From the human T2T-CHM13v2.0 reference genome, Homo sapiens: 64,000 nucleotides of DNA. The translations under genes were made by a program, and so were the position numbers. How positions within the stretch are numbered: position 1 is the first letter of the stretch; each line of letters starts with the position of its first letter. Shown piece after piece: positions 1 through 12,680 of this stretch. The stretch is from assembly GCF_009914755.1 (NCBI RefSeq), contig NC_060944.1; one strand, written 5' to 3'. Under the pieces are notes generated by a model that was not told the origin of the DNA, did not search any database, and saw nothing but the letters and a program-made list of their open reading frames with translations.

Positions 1-140
1 TCGGGAAATGCTTCTGTCCAGTTTTTACGTGAAGATATTTCCTTATCCACTGTAGGCCACAAAGATCTCCAAATGTGCAGTTGCAGATTTTACCAAAAGA
101 GTTTTTGAAAACTGCTCTATCAAAAGAAAGTTTCAACTCC
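1..140 (-). repeat. Alpha satellite, partial monomer in reverse orientation
   Basis: Reads aatgcttctgtccagtttttacgtgaagatatttcc...aactgctctatcaaaagaaagtttcaactc, the reverse complement of the 171-bp alphoid monomer seen downstream. Confidence 0.9.
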
Positions 141-3100
141 GTGAATTTAACATATCTATTCTTAGAGCAGTTTTGAAACAACCTTTTCGTAGAATCTGCA
201 ATTGGATATTTGGACTACTTTGAGGGCTTCGTTGGAAACGGGAATATCTGACCATAAAATCTAGACAGAAGCATTCTCAGAAACTTCTCTGTGATGTGTG
301 CATTCAACTCACAGAGTTGAACCTTTCTTTTGATAGAGCAGTTTTGAACCACTCTTTTTGTAGAATCTGCAAGTGTACATTTGGAGAGCTTTGAGGCCTA
401 TGGAGGAAAAGGAAATATATTCACATAAAAACCAGACAGAAGCATTCTCAGAAACTTCTTTGTTATGTTTGCATTCAACTCACAGAGTTGAACATACCTT
501 TTCATACAACAGTTTTGGAACACTGTTTTCGTAGTATCTGCAAGTGAATATTTGGACTGCTTTGAGGCCTTCGTTGGAAACGGGAATATCTGCACATAAA
601 ATCTAGACAGAAGCATTCTCAGAAACTTCTTTGTGATGTGTGCACTCAACTCACAGAGTTGAACACTACTTTTGATAAAGCAGTTTTGAAAAGCACTTTT
701 TGTAGTATCTGTATGTGGACAATTGGAGAGCTTTGAAGCCTATGGTGCAAAAAGAAATATATTCACATAAAAACTAGACAGAAGCATTCTCAGAAACTTC
801 TTTGTGATGTTTGCTTTCAACTCACAGAGTTGAACATTCTTTTTCTTAGAGCAGTTTTGTATCACTCTTTTCGTAGAATCTGCAAGTGGATATCTGGACT
901 GCTTTGAGGTCTTCTTTTGAAACGGGAATATCTTCACAAATAAGCTAGACAGAAGCCTTCTCAGAAACGTCTTTGTGATGTGTACATTCAACTCACACAG
1001 TTGAAGCTTTCCTTTGCTAGAGTAGTTTTCAAACCCTCTTTTTTTAGAATCTGCAAGTGGATATTTGGAGAGCTTTGAGTCCTGCAGTGGAAAAGTGAAT
1101 ATCTTCACATAAAAACTAGACAGAAGCATTCTCAGAAACTTATTTTTGTTGTTTGCATTCAGCTGGCAGAATTGAACATACCTGTTCATAGTACAGTACT
1201 GAAACACTCTTTTCATTGAATCTGCAAGTGGATATTTGGATTGCTTTGAAGCATGCTTTGGAAACGGGAATATCTTCACATAGAAACTAGACAGAGGCAT
1301 TCTCATAAACTTATTTGGGATGAGTGCATTCAACTCACAGAGTGGAACCTTTCTTTTGATAGTGCAGTCACTGTTTTTGTAGAATCTGTAATTGGACATA
1401 TGGAAAGCTCTGTGGCCTATGGTGGAAAAGGAAATATCTTCACATAAAAACCAGACAGAAGCATTCTCACAAACTTCTTTGTGATGTTTGCATTCAAATC
1501 ACGGGGTTGAACCTAACTTTTTATACAGCTGTTTTGAAACACTCTTTTCGTAGAATCTGCAATTGTTTATTTGGACTACTTTGAGGCCATCGTTGGAAAC
1601 GGGAATATCTGACCATAAAATCTAGACAGAAGCATTCTCAGGAAATTCCTTGTGATGTGTGCATTCCACTCACAGAGTTAAACATTTCTTTTGATTGAGC
1701 ACTTTTGAAACAGTCTTTTTGTAGAATCTGCAATTGAACATTTGTAGTGTTTTGAGGCCTATGGTCGAAAACGAAATATCTTCACATAAAAACCAGACAG
1801 AAGGATTCTCACAAACATTTTGTGATGTTTGCATTCAACTAACAGAGTTGAACGTACCTGCTCATAGAGCAGTTCTGAAACCTTGTTTTCGTAGAATCTG
1901 CAACTGGATACTTGGACTGCTTTGAGGCCTTCATTGGAAATGGGAATATCTTCACATAAAATGTAGGCAGAAGCATTCTCTGAAACTTCTTTGTGTTTTT
2001 CGCATTCAACTCACAGAGTGGAACATACCTGTTCATGGAACAGTTTTGAAACACTCTTTTCGTCGAATCTGCAAGTGGATAATTGGACTGCTTTGAGGCC
2101 TTCTTTGTAAATGAGAATATCTTCACATAAAATCTAGACAGAAGCATTCTCAGAAACTTCTTTGTGATGTGTGCATTCAACTTACAGAGTTGAAATTTTC
2201 TTTTAATAGAACAGTTTTGAAAGACTCTTTTTGTAGAATCTGCAAGTGGACATTTGTAAAGTTTTGAGGCCTATGGTGGAAAAGGAAATATCTTCACCTA
2301 AAAACCAGACAGAAGCATTCTCAGAAACTTCTTTGTGATGTTTGCATTCAACTCACAGAGTTGAACATAACTTTTCATAGAGCAGTTTTGAAACACTCTT
2401 TTTGTAGGATCTGCAAGTGAATATATGGAAAGCTTTCAGGCCTATGGTGGAAAATGAAATATCTTCACATAAAAACCAGACAGAAGCATTCTCAGAAACT
2501 ACTTTGTGATGTTTGCATTCAACTCACAGAGTTGAACATTTCTTTTGATAGAGCAGTTTTGAAACACTCTTTTCGTAAAATCTGCAAGTGGACATTTGGA
2601 GAGCTTTGAAGCTTACGGTGGAATAGGAAATATCTTCACATAAAACTAGACAGAAGCATTCTTAGAAATTTCTTTGTGATGTGTGCATTCCACTCACAGA
2701 GTTAAACCTTTCTTTTGATTGAGCACTTTTGAAACAGTCTTTTTGTAGAATCTGCAATTGAACATTTGTAGTGTTTTGAGGCCTATGGTCGAAAACGAAA
2801 TATCTTCACATAAAAACCAGACAGAAGGATTCTCACAAACATTTTGTGATGTTTGCATTCAACTCACAGTGTTGAACGTACCTGCTCATAGAGCAGTTCT
2901 GAAACCTTGTTTTCGTAGAATCTGCTTGGACTGCTTTGAGGCCTTCATTGGAAATGGGAATATCTTCACATAAAATGTAGACAGAAGCATTCTCTGAAAC
3001 TTCTTTGTGTTTTTCGCATTCAACTCACAGAGAAGAACATACCTGTTCATTGAACAGTTTTGAAACACTCTTTTCGTCGAATCTGCAAGTGGATAATTGG

Positions 3101-6100
3101 ACTACTTTGAGGCCTTCGTTGGAAATGAGAATATCTTCACATAAAATCTAGACAGAAGCATTCTCAGAAACTTCTTTGTGATGCGTGCATTCAACTTAAA
3201 GAGTTAAATTTTCTTTTAATAGAACAGTTTTGAAAGACTCTTTTTGTAGAATCTGCAAGTGTACATTTGTAAAGCTTTGAGGCCTATGGTGGAAAAGGAA
3301 ATATCTTCACATAAAAACCAGACAGAAGCATTCTCAGAAACTTCTTTATGATGTTTGCATTCAACTCGCCGAGTTGAACATAACTTTTCATAGAGCAGTT
3401 TTGAAACACTCTTTTTGTAGAATCTGCAAGTGAATATATGGAAAGCTTTCAGGCCTATGGTGGAAAATGAAATATCTTCACATAAAAACCAGAGAGAAGC
3501 ATTCTCAGAAACTTCTTTGTGATGTATGCATTCATTCCAGAGTGTTGAACCTACCTTTTCATACAGCAGTTTGGAAGCACTCTTTTTGTAGTATCGGCAA
3601 GTGTACATTTTGAGAGCTTTGACGCCTGTGGTGGAAAAGAAAATATCTTCACATAAAAACCAGACAGAAGCATTCTCAGAAACTTCTTTGTGATGTTTGC
3701 ATTCAACTCACAGAGTTGAACATACCTTTTCATACAGCAGTTTTGAAACTCTCTTTTGGTAGAATCTGCAAGTGGATATTTGGACTGCCTTGAGGCCTTC
3801 GTTTGAAATGAGAATATCTTCAACAATAAGCTAGACAGAAGCAGTCTCAGAAACTTCTTTGTGATGTGTACATTCAACTCACAGAGTTGAAGCTTTCTTT
3901 TGATAGAGCAGTTTTGAAACACTCTTTTTGTAGTATCTGCAAGTGGACATTTGGAAAGCTATGAGGCCTGTGGTGGAAAAGGAAACATCTTCACATAAAA
4001 ACTAGACAGAATCATTCTCAGAAACTTCTTGGAGATGTTCGCATTCAACTCAGAGAGTTGAACATTTCTTTTGATAGAGCAGTTTTGAACCACTCTTTTT
4101 GTAGAATCTGCAAGCGTACATTTGGAAAGCTTCGAGGCCAATGGAAGAAAAGGAAATATCTTCACATAAAAACCAGACAGAAGCATTCTCAGAAACTTCT
4201 TTGTGATGTTTGCATTCAACTCACATAGTTGAACATACCTTTTCATACAGCAGTTTTGAAACACACATTTTGTAGAATCTGTAAGTGGACATTTGGAGAG
4301 CTTTGAAGCCTACGGTGGAAAAGGAAATATCTTCACATAAAAACCAGACAGAAGCATTCTCAGAAACTTCTTTGTGATGTTTGCTTTCAACTCATGGAGT
4401 TGAATATTCATTTTCTTAGAGCAGTTTTGTAACACTCTTTTCGTAGAACCTGCAAGTGGATATTTGGACTGCTTTGAGGCCTTCCTTTGAAACGGGAATA
4501 TCTTCACAAATAAGCTAGACAGAAGCATTCTCAGAAACTTCTTTGTGATGTTTGAATTCAACTCACAGGGTTGAACCTAACTTTTCATACAGCAATATTG
4601 AAACGCTCTTTTCTTAGAATCTGCAATTGTTTATTTGGACTACTTTGAGGCCATCGTTGGAAACGGGAATATCTTACCAAAAAATCTAGACAGAAGCATT
4701 CTCAGAAACTCCTTTGTGATGTTTGCATTCAACTCACAGAGTTGAACCTTTCTTTTGATAGAGCAGTTTTGAAACACACTTTTTATAGAATCTGTAAGTA
4801 GACATTTGGAGAGATTTGAGGCCTTTTGTGAAAAAGGAAACATCTTCACATAAAAACAAGACAGAAGAATTCTCAGAAACTTGTTTGTGAAGTTCGCATT
4901 CAACTAACAGATTTGAGCATACCCATTCATAGAACAGTTTTGAAACACTCTTTTCCTAGAATCTGCAAGTGGATATTTGGATTGCTTTGAGACCTTCGTT
5001 GCAAACGGGAATATCTTCACATAGAAACTAGACAGAAGCATTTTCATAAACTTCTTTGTGATGTGACATTCAACGCACGGAGTGGAACCTTTCTTTTGAT
5101 AACTCAGTTTTGAAACACTCTTTTTGTAGAATCTGCAATTGGATATATGGAAAGCTTTGAGGCCTATGGTGGAAAAGGAAATATCTTCACATAAAAACCA
5201 GACAGAAGCATTCCCAGAAACTTCTTTGTGATGCTTGCATTCAACTCACAGAGTTGAACCTACTTTTTCATACAGCAGTTTGGAAACACTCTTTTCGTAG
5301 AATCTGCAATTGGACATTTGGACTACTTTGAGGCCTTCTTTGGAAACGGGAATATCTTCACATATAATCTAGACAGAAGCATTCTCAGAAAGTTCTTTGT
5401 GATATGTGCATTAAACTCATGGAGTTCAACCTTTCTTTTGATAGAGCGGATATGAAACACACTTTTTGTAGAATCTGGAAGTGGCCATTCGGAGAGCTTT
5501 GAGGCTTATGGTGGAAAAGGAAATATCTTCATATAAAACCAGACAGAAGCATTCTCAGAAACTTCTTTGTGACCTTTGCATTGAACTCACAGTGTTGAAC
5601 ATAATTGTTCACAGAGGAGTTCTGAAACAATCATTTCCTAGAATCTGCAAGTGGAAATATGGAAAGATTTGAGGTCTATAGTGGAAAAGGAAATATCTTC
5701 ACATAAAAACCAGATTAAAGTATTCTCAGAAACTTCTTTGTGATGTTTGCTTTCAAATCACAGAGTTGAACCTACGTTTTCATATAGCAGATTTGTAACA
5801 CTCTTTCGTAGTATCTGCAATCAGATATTTGGACTAATTTGAGGCCTTCGTTGGAAATGGGAATATCTTCACATAAAATCTAGGCAGAAGCATTCCCAGA
5901 GACTTCTTTGTGATGTGTGCATTCAACTCACAGCGTTGAACCTTTCTTTTGATAGAGCAGTTTTGAAACACTTCTTTGTAGAATCTGCAAGTGGACATAT
6001 GGAAAGCTTTGAGGCCTATGGTGGAAATGGAAATATCTTCACATAAAAACCAGACAGAAGCATTCTCAGAAATTTCTTTCTCATGTTTGCATTCAACTCA

Positions 6101-9100
6101 CAGAGTTGAACCTACCTTTTCATACAGCAGTTTTGAAACACTCTTTTTGTAGAATCTGCAATTGCATATTTGGACTACTTTGAGGCCTTCGTTGGAAACG
6201 GGAATATCTTCACATGAAACCTAGCCAGAAGCATTCTCAGAAACTTCTTTGTGAAGTGCGCATTCAACTCACAGAGTTGAACCTTTCTTTTGATAGAGCA
6301 GTTTTGAAACACTCCTTTGTAGAATCTGGAAGTGGACATTTGTAGTGCTTTGAGGAATATGGTGGAAAAGGATATATCTTCTCATAAAAACCACATAGAA
6401 GCATTCTCAGAAACTACTTTGTGACAACTCTGTGAGTTGAATATATCTATTCATTGAGGAGTTCTGAAACACACTTTTCGCATTATCTGCAAGAGGATAT
6501 TTGGACGGCTTTGAGGTCTTCGTTGGAAACAGGAATATCTACACATATAAGGTAGACAGAAGCATTCTCAGAAACTTCTGTGTGATAAGTACATTCAACT
6601 GACAGAGTTGAACCTTTCTTTTGATAGAGCAGTTTTGAAACACTCTTTTTGTAGAATCTGCAAGTGTACATTTGGTGAGCTTTGAGGCCTATGGTGGAAA
6701 AGCAAATATCTTCACTTAAAAACCAGACAGAAGTATTCTGAAAAATTACTTTGTGATGTTTGCATTCAACTCACACAGTTGAACATACCTTTTCATACAG
6801 CAGTTTTGAAAAAGTCTTTTCGTAGAATCGGCAAGTGGATATTTGGACTACTTTGAGGCCTTCGTTGGAAACGAGAATATCTTCACATAAAAACTAGACA
6901 GAAGCATTCTCAGAAACTTCTTTACGATGTGAGCATTCATATCACAGATTTGAACTTTTCTTTTGATAGAACAGTTTTGAAACACTCTTTTTGTAGAATC
7001 TGCAAGTGGACTTATGGAAAGATTTGAGGCCTGTGGTGGAAAAGGAAGTATCTTCACATATAAGCTAGACAGAAGCATTCTCAGAAACTCCTTTGTGAAG
7101 TTTGCATTCAACTTACAGAGTTGAACCTACCTTTTCATACTGCAGTTTTGAAATACTATTTTCGTAGAATCTACAATTGGTTATTTGGAATACTTTGAGG
7201 CCTTCGTTGGAAACGGCAATATCTTCACATAAGATCTAGACAGAAGCATTCTCAGAAACTTCTTTGAGATGTGTGCATTCAACTCACTAAGTTGAACATT
7301 CCTTTTGATAGAGCAGTTTCTAATCACTCTTTGGTAAAATCTGCAAGTGGACATTTGGAGGTCTTTGTGCCTACGGTTGAAAAGGAAATATCTCCACATT
7401 TAAACTAGACAGAAGCATTCTCAGAAACTTCTTTGTGATGTGTGCATTCAACTCACAGAGTTGAACCCTTCTTTTGATAGAACAGTTTTGCAACACTCTT
7501 TTAGTAGAATCTGCAAGTGGATATTTGGAATGCTTTGAGGCCTATGGTGGAAAAAGAAATATCTTCACATAAAAACCAGACAGAAACATTCTGAGAAACT
7601 TCTTTGTGATATTTACATTCAACTCACAAAGGTGAACGTAAGTTTTCATGGAGCAGTTTTGAAACACTCTTTTCCTAGAATCTGCAAGTGGATATTTAGA
7701 CTGCTTTGAGGCCTTCGTTGGAAACGGGAATATCTTCACATAAAAACTAGACAGAAGCATTCTGAAAAACTTCTTTGTGATGTGTGAATTCAACTCACAT
7801 AGTTGAATATTTCTTTTGATAGAGCAATTTTGAAACACTCTTCTTGTAGAATCAGCAAGAGAACATTTCTAGTGCTTTGAGACCAATTGTGGAAAAGGAT
7901 ATATCTTCACATAGAAAAAAGATAGAAGCATTCTCAGAAACTTCTTTGTGATGTTTGCATTCAACTCACAGAGTTGAACATACCTTTTCCTACAGCAGTT
8001 CTGAAACACTCTTTTCGTAGTATCTGCAAGGGGATATTTGGACGGCTTTGAGGCTTTCGTAGGAAACTGGAATTTCTTCACATATAAGCTAGACAGAAGC
8101 ATTCTCAGAAACTCCTTTGTGATGAGTACATTCAACTGACAGAGTTGAACCTTTCTTTTGATAGAGCAGTTTTGAATCACTCTTTTTGTAGAATCTGCAA
8201 GTGTACATTTGGTGTGTTTCGAGGCCTATAGTGGAAAAGGAAATATCTTCACATAAAAACCAGACAGAAACCTTCTCACAAATTTCTTTGTGACATTTGC
8301 ATTCAACTCACAGAGTTGAACAGACCTTTTCATATAGCAGGTTTGAAACACTCCTTTCATAGAGTCTGCAAGTGGATATTTGGACGGCTTTGAGGCCTTC
8401 GTTGGAAACAGGAATATCTTCACATAAAATCTAGACAGAAGCATTCTCAGAAAGATCTTTGTGATGGGTACATTCAACTGAGAGAGTTGAACCTTTCTTT
8501 TGATAGAGCAGTTTTGAAACAAACTTTTTGTAGAATCTGCAAATGTATATTTTGTGAGCTTTGAGGCCTATGGTGGTAAAGGAAATATCTTCACATAAAA
8601 ACCAGACAGAACATTCTCACAAATTTCTTTGTGATGTTTGCATTCAACTCACAGAGTTAAAAATTCCTTTTCATACACCAGTTTTGAAACACTCTTTTCG
8701 TAGAATCTGCAAGTGGATATTTGGACTGCTTTGAGGCCTTCATTGGAAACGCGAATATCTTCACATAAAATCTAGACAGAAGCATTCTCAGAAACTTCTT
8801 TGAGATGCGTGCATTCAGCTCACGGAGTAGAACCTTTCTTTTGATAGAGCAGTTTTGAAACACTCTTTTGGTAAAATCTGCAAGTGGACATTTGGAGATC
8901 TTTGCGGCCTATGGTGGAAAAGGAAATATCCTCACATATAAACTAGACAGAAGCATTCTCAGAAACTTCTTTGTGATGTGTGCATTCAACTCACAGAGTT
9001 GAACCTTTCTTTTGATAGAGAAGTTGTGAAACACTCTTTTTGTAGAATCTGCAAGTGAACATTTGGAAAGATTTGAGGCCTATGGTGGAAAAGGAAATAT

Positions 9101-12100
9101 CTTCACATAAAAAACAGACAGAAGCATTCTCAGAAACTTCTTTGTGGTTTTTGCATTCAACTCACAGAGTTGAAGTTAACTTTTCATACAGCAGCTTTGA
9201 AACACTCTTTTCGTAGATCTGCAATTGGATATTTGGACTACTTTGAGGCCTTCGTTGGAATCGGGAATATCTTCACATAAAATCTAGACAGAAACATTCT
9301 CAGAAACTTCTTTGAGATGTGTGCATTCAACTCACGGATTTGAACCTTTCTTTTGATAGAGCAGTTATGAAAATCTCTTTTAGTTAAATCTGCAAGTGGT
9401 CATTTGGAGAGCTTTGTGGCCTATGGTGAAAAAGTAAATATCTTCACATATAAACTGGACAGAAGCATTCTCAGAAACTTCTTTGTGATCTGTGCATTCG
9501 ACACACAGAGTTGAACCTTTCCTTTGATAGAGCAGTTTGAAACACTCTTTTTGTAGAATCTGCAAGTGGATATTTAGACTGCTTTGAGGCCTTCTTTGGA
9601 AACGGGAATAACTTTACATAAAAACTAGACAGAAGCATTCTCAGAAACTTCTTTGTGAGGGGCACATTCAACTCACAGAGTTGTACCTTTCTTTTGAAAG
9701 AGCAGTTTTGAAACACTCTTTTTGTAGAATCTGCAAGTGAACTTTTGTAGTGCTTTGAGGCCTATGGTGGAAAAGGAAATATCTTCACATAAAAACCAGA
9801 CAGAAGCATTCTCAGAAACTTCTTTGTGATGTTGGCATTCAACTCACAGAGTTGAACATACCTATTCATAGAGTAGCTCTAAAACACTCTTTTCGTAGAA
9901 TCTGCAAGTCGATATTTGGACGGCTTTGAGGCCTTCGCTGGAAACGGGAATATCTTCACATATAAGCCAGACAGTAGCATTCTCAGAAACTTTTGTGTGA
10001 TGAGTACATTCAACTGACAGAGTTGAACCTTTCTTTTTATATAGCAGTTTGAAACACTGTTTTTGTGTAATCTGCAAGTGTACCTTTGGTGATCTTTGAG
10101 GTCTATGATGGAAAAGGAAATATCTTCACATAAAAAACAGACAGAAGCATTCTCACAAAGGTCTTTGTGATGTTCGCATTAAACTCACAGAGTTGAACCA
10201 ACCTTTTGATACAGCAGTTTTGAAACCCTCTTTCCGTAGAATCTGCAATTAGATATTTGGACTACTTTGAGGCCTTCGTTGGAAACGGGAATATCTCTAC
10301 ATAAAAACTAGACCGAAGCATTCTCAGAAACTGCTTTGTGATGTGCGCATTCAACTCAGAAATTTGAACATAACTTTTCATAGAGGAGTTTTGAAACACT
10401 CTTTTCGTAGAATCTGCAAGTGGATATTTAGACAGCTTTGAGTCCTTCATTGGAAACGGGAATATCTTCACAGAAAAACTGCCCAGAAGCATTCTCAGAA
10501 ACTTCTTTGTGATGTGTGCATTCAACTCACAGAGTTAAACATACCTTTTCATAGAGGAGTTCTGAAACACTCTTTTCATAGAATCCTCAAGCGGATATTT
10601 GGACGGCTTTGAGGCCTTGGTTGGAAACTGGAATTTCTTCACATATAAGCTAGAGAGAAGCATTCTCAGAAACTTCTTCGTGATGAGCACATTCAACTGA
10701 CAGAGTTGAACCTTTCTTTTGATAGAGCAGTTTTGAATCACTCTTTTTGTAGAATCTGCAAGTGTACATTTGGTGTGTTTCGAGGCCTATAGTGGAAAAG
10801 GAAATATCTTCACATAAAAACCAGACAGAAACCTTCTCACAAATTTCTTTGTGACATTTGCATTCAACTCACAGAGTTGAACACACCTTTTCATAGAGCA
10901 GTTCTGGAACACTCTTTTTGTAAAATCTGCAAGTGGATGTTTGGATGGCTTTGAGGCCTTCGTTGGAAACGGGAATATCTTCACATATAAGCTAGAGAGA
11001 AGCATTCTCAGAAACTTCTTCGTGATGAGCACATTCAACTGACAGAGTTGAACCTTTCTTTTGATAGAGCAGTTTTGAATCACTCTTTTTGTAGAATCTG
11101 CAAGTGTACATTTGGTGTGTTTCGAGGCCTATAGTGGAAAAGGAAATATCTTCACATAAAAACCAGACAGAAACCTTCTCACAAATTTCTTTGTGACATT
11201 TGCATTCAACTCACAGAGTTGAACACACCTTTTCATAGAGCAGTTCTGGAACACTCTTTTTGTAAAATCTGCAAGTGGATGTTTGGATGGCTTTGAGGCC
11301 TTCGTTGGAAACGGGAATATCTTCACATATAAGCTAGAAAGAAGCATTCTCAGAAACTTCTTTTTGATGAGTACATTCAACTGACAGAGTTGAACCTTTC
11401 TTTTGATAGAGAAGTTTTGAAACACTCTTTTTGTAGAATCTGCAAGTGTACATTTCATGAGCTTTGAGTCTTATGGTGGAAAAGGAAATATCTTCACATA
11501 AAAACCAGACAGAAGCATTCTCACAAATTTCTTTGTGATGTTTGCATTGAGCTCACAGAGTTGAACTTAACCTTTCATACAGCAGCTTTGAAACACTCTT
11601 TTCGTAGATCTGCAATTGGATATTTCAACTACTTTGAGACCTTCGTTGGAATCGGGAATATCTTCACATAAAATCTAGACAGAAGCATTCTCAGAAAATT
11701 CTTTGAGATGTGTGCATTAAACTCACGGAGTTGAAACTTTCTTTTGATAGAGCAGTTATGAAAAACTCTTTTAGTTAAATCTGCAAATGATCATTTGGAG
11801 AGCTTTGTGGCCTACAGTGAAAAAGGAAATATCTTCACATATAAATTGGACAGAAGCATTCTCAGAAACTTCTTTGTGATCTGTGCATTCGACACACAGA
11901 GTTGAACCTTTCTTTTGATAGAGCAGTTTTGAAACACTCTTTTTGTAGAATCTGCAAGTGGATATTTAGACTGCTTTGAGGCCTTCGTTGGAAACGGCAA
12001 TATCTTCACATAAAAACTAGACAGAAGCATTCTCAGAAACTTCTTTGTCATGTGTGCATTCAACTCACAGAGTTGAACCTGTCTTTTGATAGAGCAGTTT

Positions 12101-12680
12101 TGAAACACTCTTTTTGTAGAATCTGCAAGTGAACCTTTGTAGTGCTTTGAGGCCTATGGTGGAAAAGGAAATATCTTCACATAAAAACCAGACAGAGGCA
12201 TTCTCAGAAACTTCTTTGTGATGTTGGCATTCAACTCACAGAGTTGAACATACCTGTTCATAGAACAGTTCTGAAACACTCTTTTCGTAGAATCTGCAAG
12301 TCGATATTTGGATGGCTTTGAGGCCTTCATTGGAAATGGGAATATCTTCACATATAAGCCAGACGGTAGCATTCTCTGAAAATTTTGTGTGATGAGTACA
12401 TTCAACTGATGGAGTTGAACCTTTCTTTTTATATAGAAGTTTGGAACACTGTTTTTGTGTAATCTGCAAGTGTACCTTTTGTGATATTTGAGGCCTATGA
12501 TGGAAAAGGATATATCTTCACATAAAAACCAGACAGAAGCATTCTCAAAAACTTCTTTGTGATGTTTGCATTAAACTCACAGAGTTGAACGTACCTTTTC
12601 ATACAGCAGTTTTGAAACACTCTTTTCTTAGTTTCTGCAGTTGGATATTTGGGCTACTTTGAGGCCTTCGTTGGAAACGG
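141..12680 (+). repeat. Alpha satellite array with irregularly mixed A-type (pJalpha box) and B-type (CENP-B box) monomers, SF5 (R1/R2)-like
   Basis: ~171-bp period of CAGAAGCATTCTCAGAAACTTCTTTGTGATG...TTCAACTCACAGAGTTGAAC. The box position carries either CTATGGTGGAAAAGGAA (A) or CTTCGTTGGAAACGGGA (B) without strict alternation. The SF5 label is inferred from that irregular A/B pattern. Confidence 0.93.
227..11657 (+). promoter_or_regulatory. Cluster of intact CENP-B boxes (17 bp, nTTCGnnnnAnnCGGGn)
   Basis: Intact motifs start at about 227, 569, 4994, 6187, 7713, 9250, 9933, 10274, 10958, 11300 and 11641. Many others are decayed at CpGs (e.g. ~3115, ~5846, ~6518, ~6860, ~8397). Confidence 0.85.

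Noticed and set aside
398-12469. Recurrent ORFs such as KKFLRMLLSSFYVKIFPFP (also after 26.5 kb and 41.8 kb)
   Set aside because: These are translations of the 171-bp (57-codon) alpha monomer and stay in frame by arithmetic.
141-12680. Active centromeric HOR array
   Set aside because: Monomers are divergent, A/B order is irregular, many CENP-B boxes are decayed and multimers occur only about twice.
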